DNA of 64,000 nucleotides from a virus: positions 26,358 to 90,357 of IMG/VR virus record IMGVR_UViG_3300047457_001149; one strand, written 5' to 3'. Shown here in pieces: positions 63,364 to 64,000 of this stretch. Each line of letters starts with the position of its first letter. Position 1 is the first letter of the stretch. The notes below the pieces were generated by a model. The model searched no databases. It was given only the letters and a program-made list of their open reading frames with translations, and was not told where the DNA came from. A program made the translations under genes and the position numbers.

Positions 63364-63987
63364 ATGCGACGAAGACTGTTTAAGTCGGCGGGTGGTTTGG
63401 AAGGGGGCGAAGGCCACGAAGGCCTCGAATTTCTGCGCGAAAGCTTTGAAGGCCTTAAACGCCTTCGAGAGCTCGCTGAACAGGCGCGTCGCGTAGAGGG
63501 TATTGAGGGGAGGAAAGAGTTTGTAAGGCGGATGGAGGGGACGGAGGGGAAAGAGCTTGCAAATCAGATGGAGCAGCTCAAAAAGAAGATTCTAGAGCAC
63601 TCGGAGGGGCGCGAAGACGAGTTCCTGAAAGGCAAAAGCGTGGCTGAATACATGGAGGCGGAAAGGGAAAAGTGGCGGGACCGTCTCAAAGGGAAAGGAA
63701 ACCCTGAGTCCTCGAAGTCTTTGGAAGGCTTGCGGGGGGCGCTTAAGGGCGAGGGTCTATCGGAGCCGCCGCGTCGACACGAGGCGGCTCCGGCGGCGGC
63801 CCGGGTCCTCGGTAAGGTGCCTAGAGCTCCAAGCCCCACGTCCCCGCACGTACCTCCGGTGGCGGCCCACGTTCCTGCCCCGCACGTACCTCCGGTGGCG
63901 GCCCACGTTCCTGCCCCGCACGTACCTCCGTCGGTGTCCCGGGTCCTCGGTAAGGTGCCTAGAGCTCTGCCCCGGCTAAAGCCTTAA
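63364..63987 (+). CDS. Charged low-complexity protein with Pro/His repeats
   Basis: GAGGAGG RBS; PHVPPVAAHVPA repeats; RVLGKVPRA twice. Confidence 0.55.
   Translation: MRRRLFKSAGGLEGGEGHEGLEFLRESFEGLKRLRELAEQARRVEGIEGRKEFVRRMEGTEGKELANQMEQLKKKILEHSEGREDEFLKGKSVAEYMEAEREKWRDRLKGKGNPESSKSLEGLRGALKGEGLSEPPRRHEAAPAAARVLGKVPRAPSPTSPHVPPVAAHVPAPHVPPVAAHVPAPHVPPSVSRVLGKVPRALPRLKP
63800..63967 (+). repeat. 36-bp tandem repeat (63842-63930, 2.5 copies) bracketed by a 30-bp direct repeat (63800-63829, 63938-63967)
   Basis: CCCCGCACGTACCTCCGGTGGCGGCCCACGTTCCTG; CCCGGGTCCTCGGTAAGGTGCCTAGAGCTC. Confidence 0.9.
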
Positions 63988-64000
63988 TTGGGCATACGCC

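Noticed and set aside
1-64000. Integrase, att site, introns, inteins, reverse transcriptase, alternative genetic code
   Set aside because: None recognisable; terminase and helicases are uninterrupted; TAA, TAG and TGA all end well-packed genes
1-64000. Host assignment
   Set aside because: High GC alone cannot separate candidate hosts; needs CRISPR-spacer, tRNA or phylogenetic matches

Overview
GC-rich (roughly two-thirds G+C by eye) segment of a large contractile-tailed (myovirus-like, probably jumbo) phage genome; no host chromosome genes are recognisable. Layout: end of a family A DNA polymerase and a DEDDh exonuclease (1-1468); a duplicated variable cassette (1340-2927); a mostly minus-strand morphogenesis block (2923-33731) with large terminase, a K-x-A-rich protein, tail fibre, baseplate, a phage sigma factor, baseplate hub, tape measure and a frameshifted tail chaperone, interrupted by a plus-strand RuvC; then a mostly plus-strand region (33819-64000) with DinG, UvrD and SNF2 helicases, a GHKL ATPase, many small accessory ORFs and tRNA-Thr(UGU). 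The most unusual locus is 56184-58785: five translationally coupled small genes, each a conserved leader plus a hypervariable (Gly-X)n core (four also with a conserved tail), around a DUF6948-like gene and coupled directly to a GP88/radical-SAM-like gene. Other signals: a repeated bipartite promoter-like motif (GTAAA-N9/10-TTGCnGGTAnAAG), duplicated gene-boundary sequences, a head-to-head gene pair sharing one CATG, and a covarying UUCG leader hairpin. All family names come from motif recognition by eye, not database searches.
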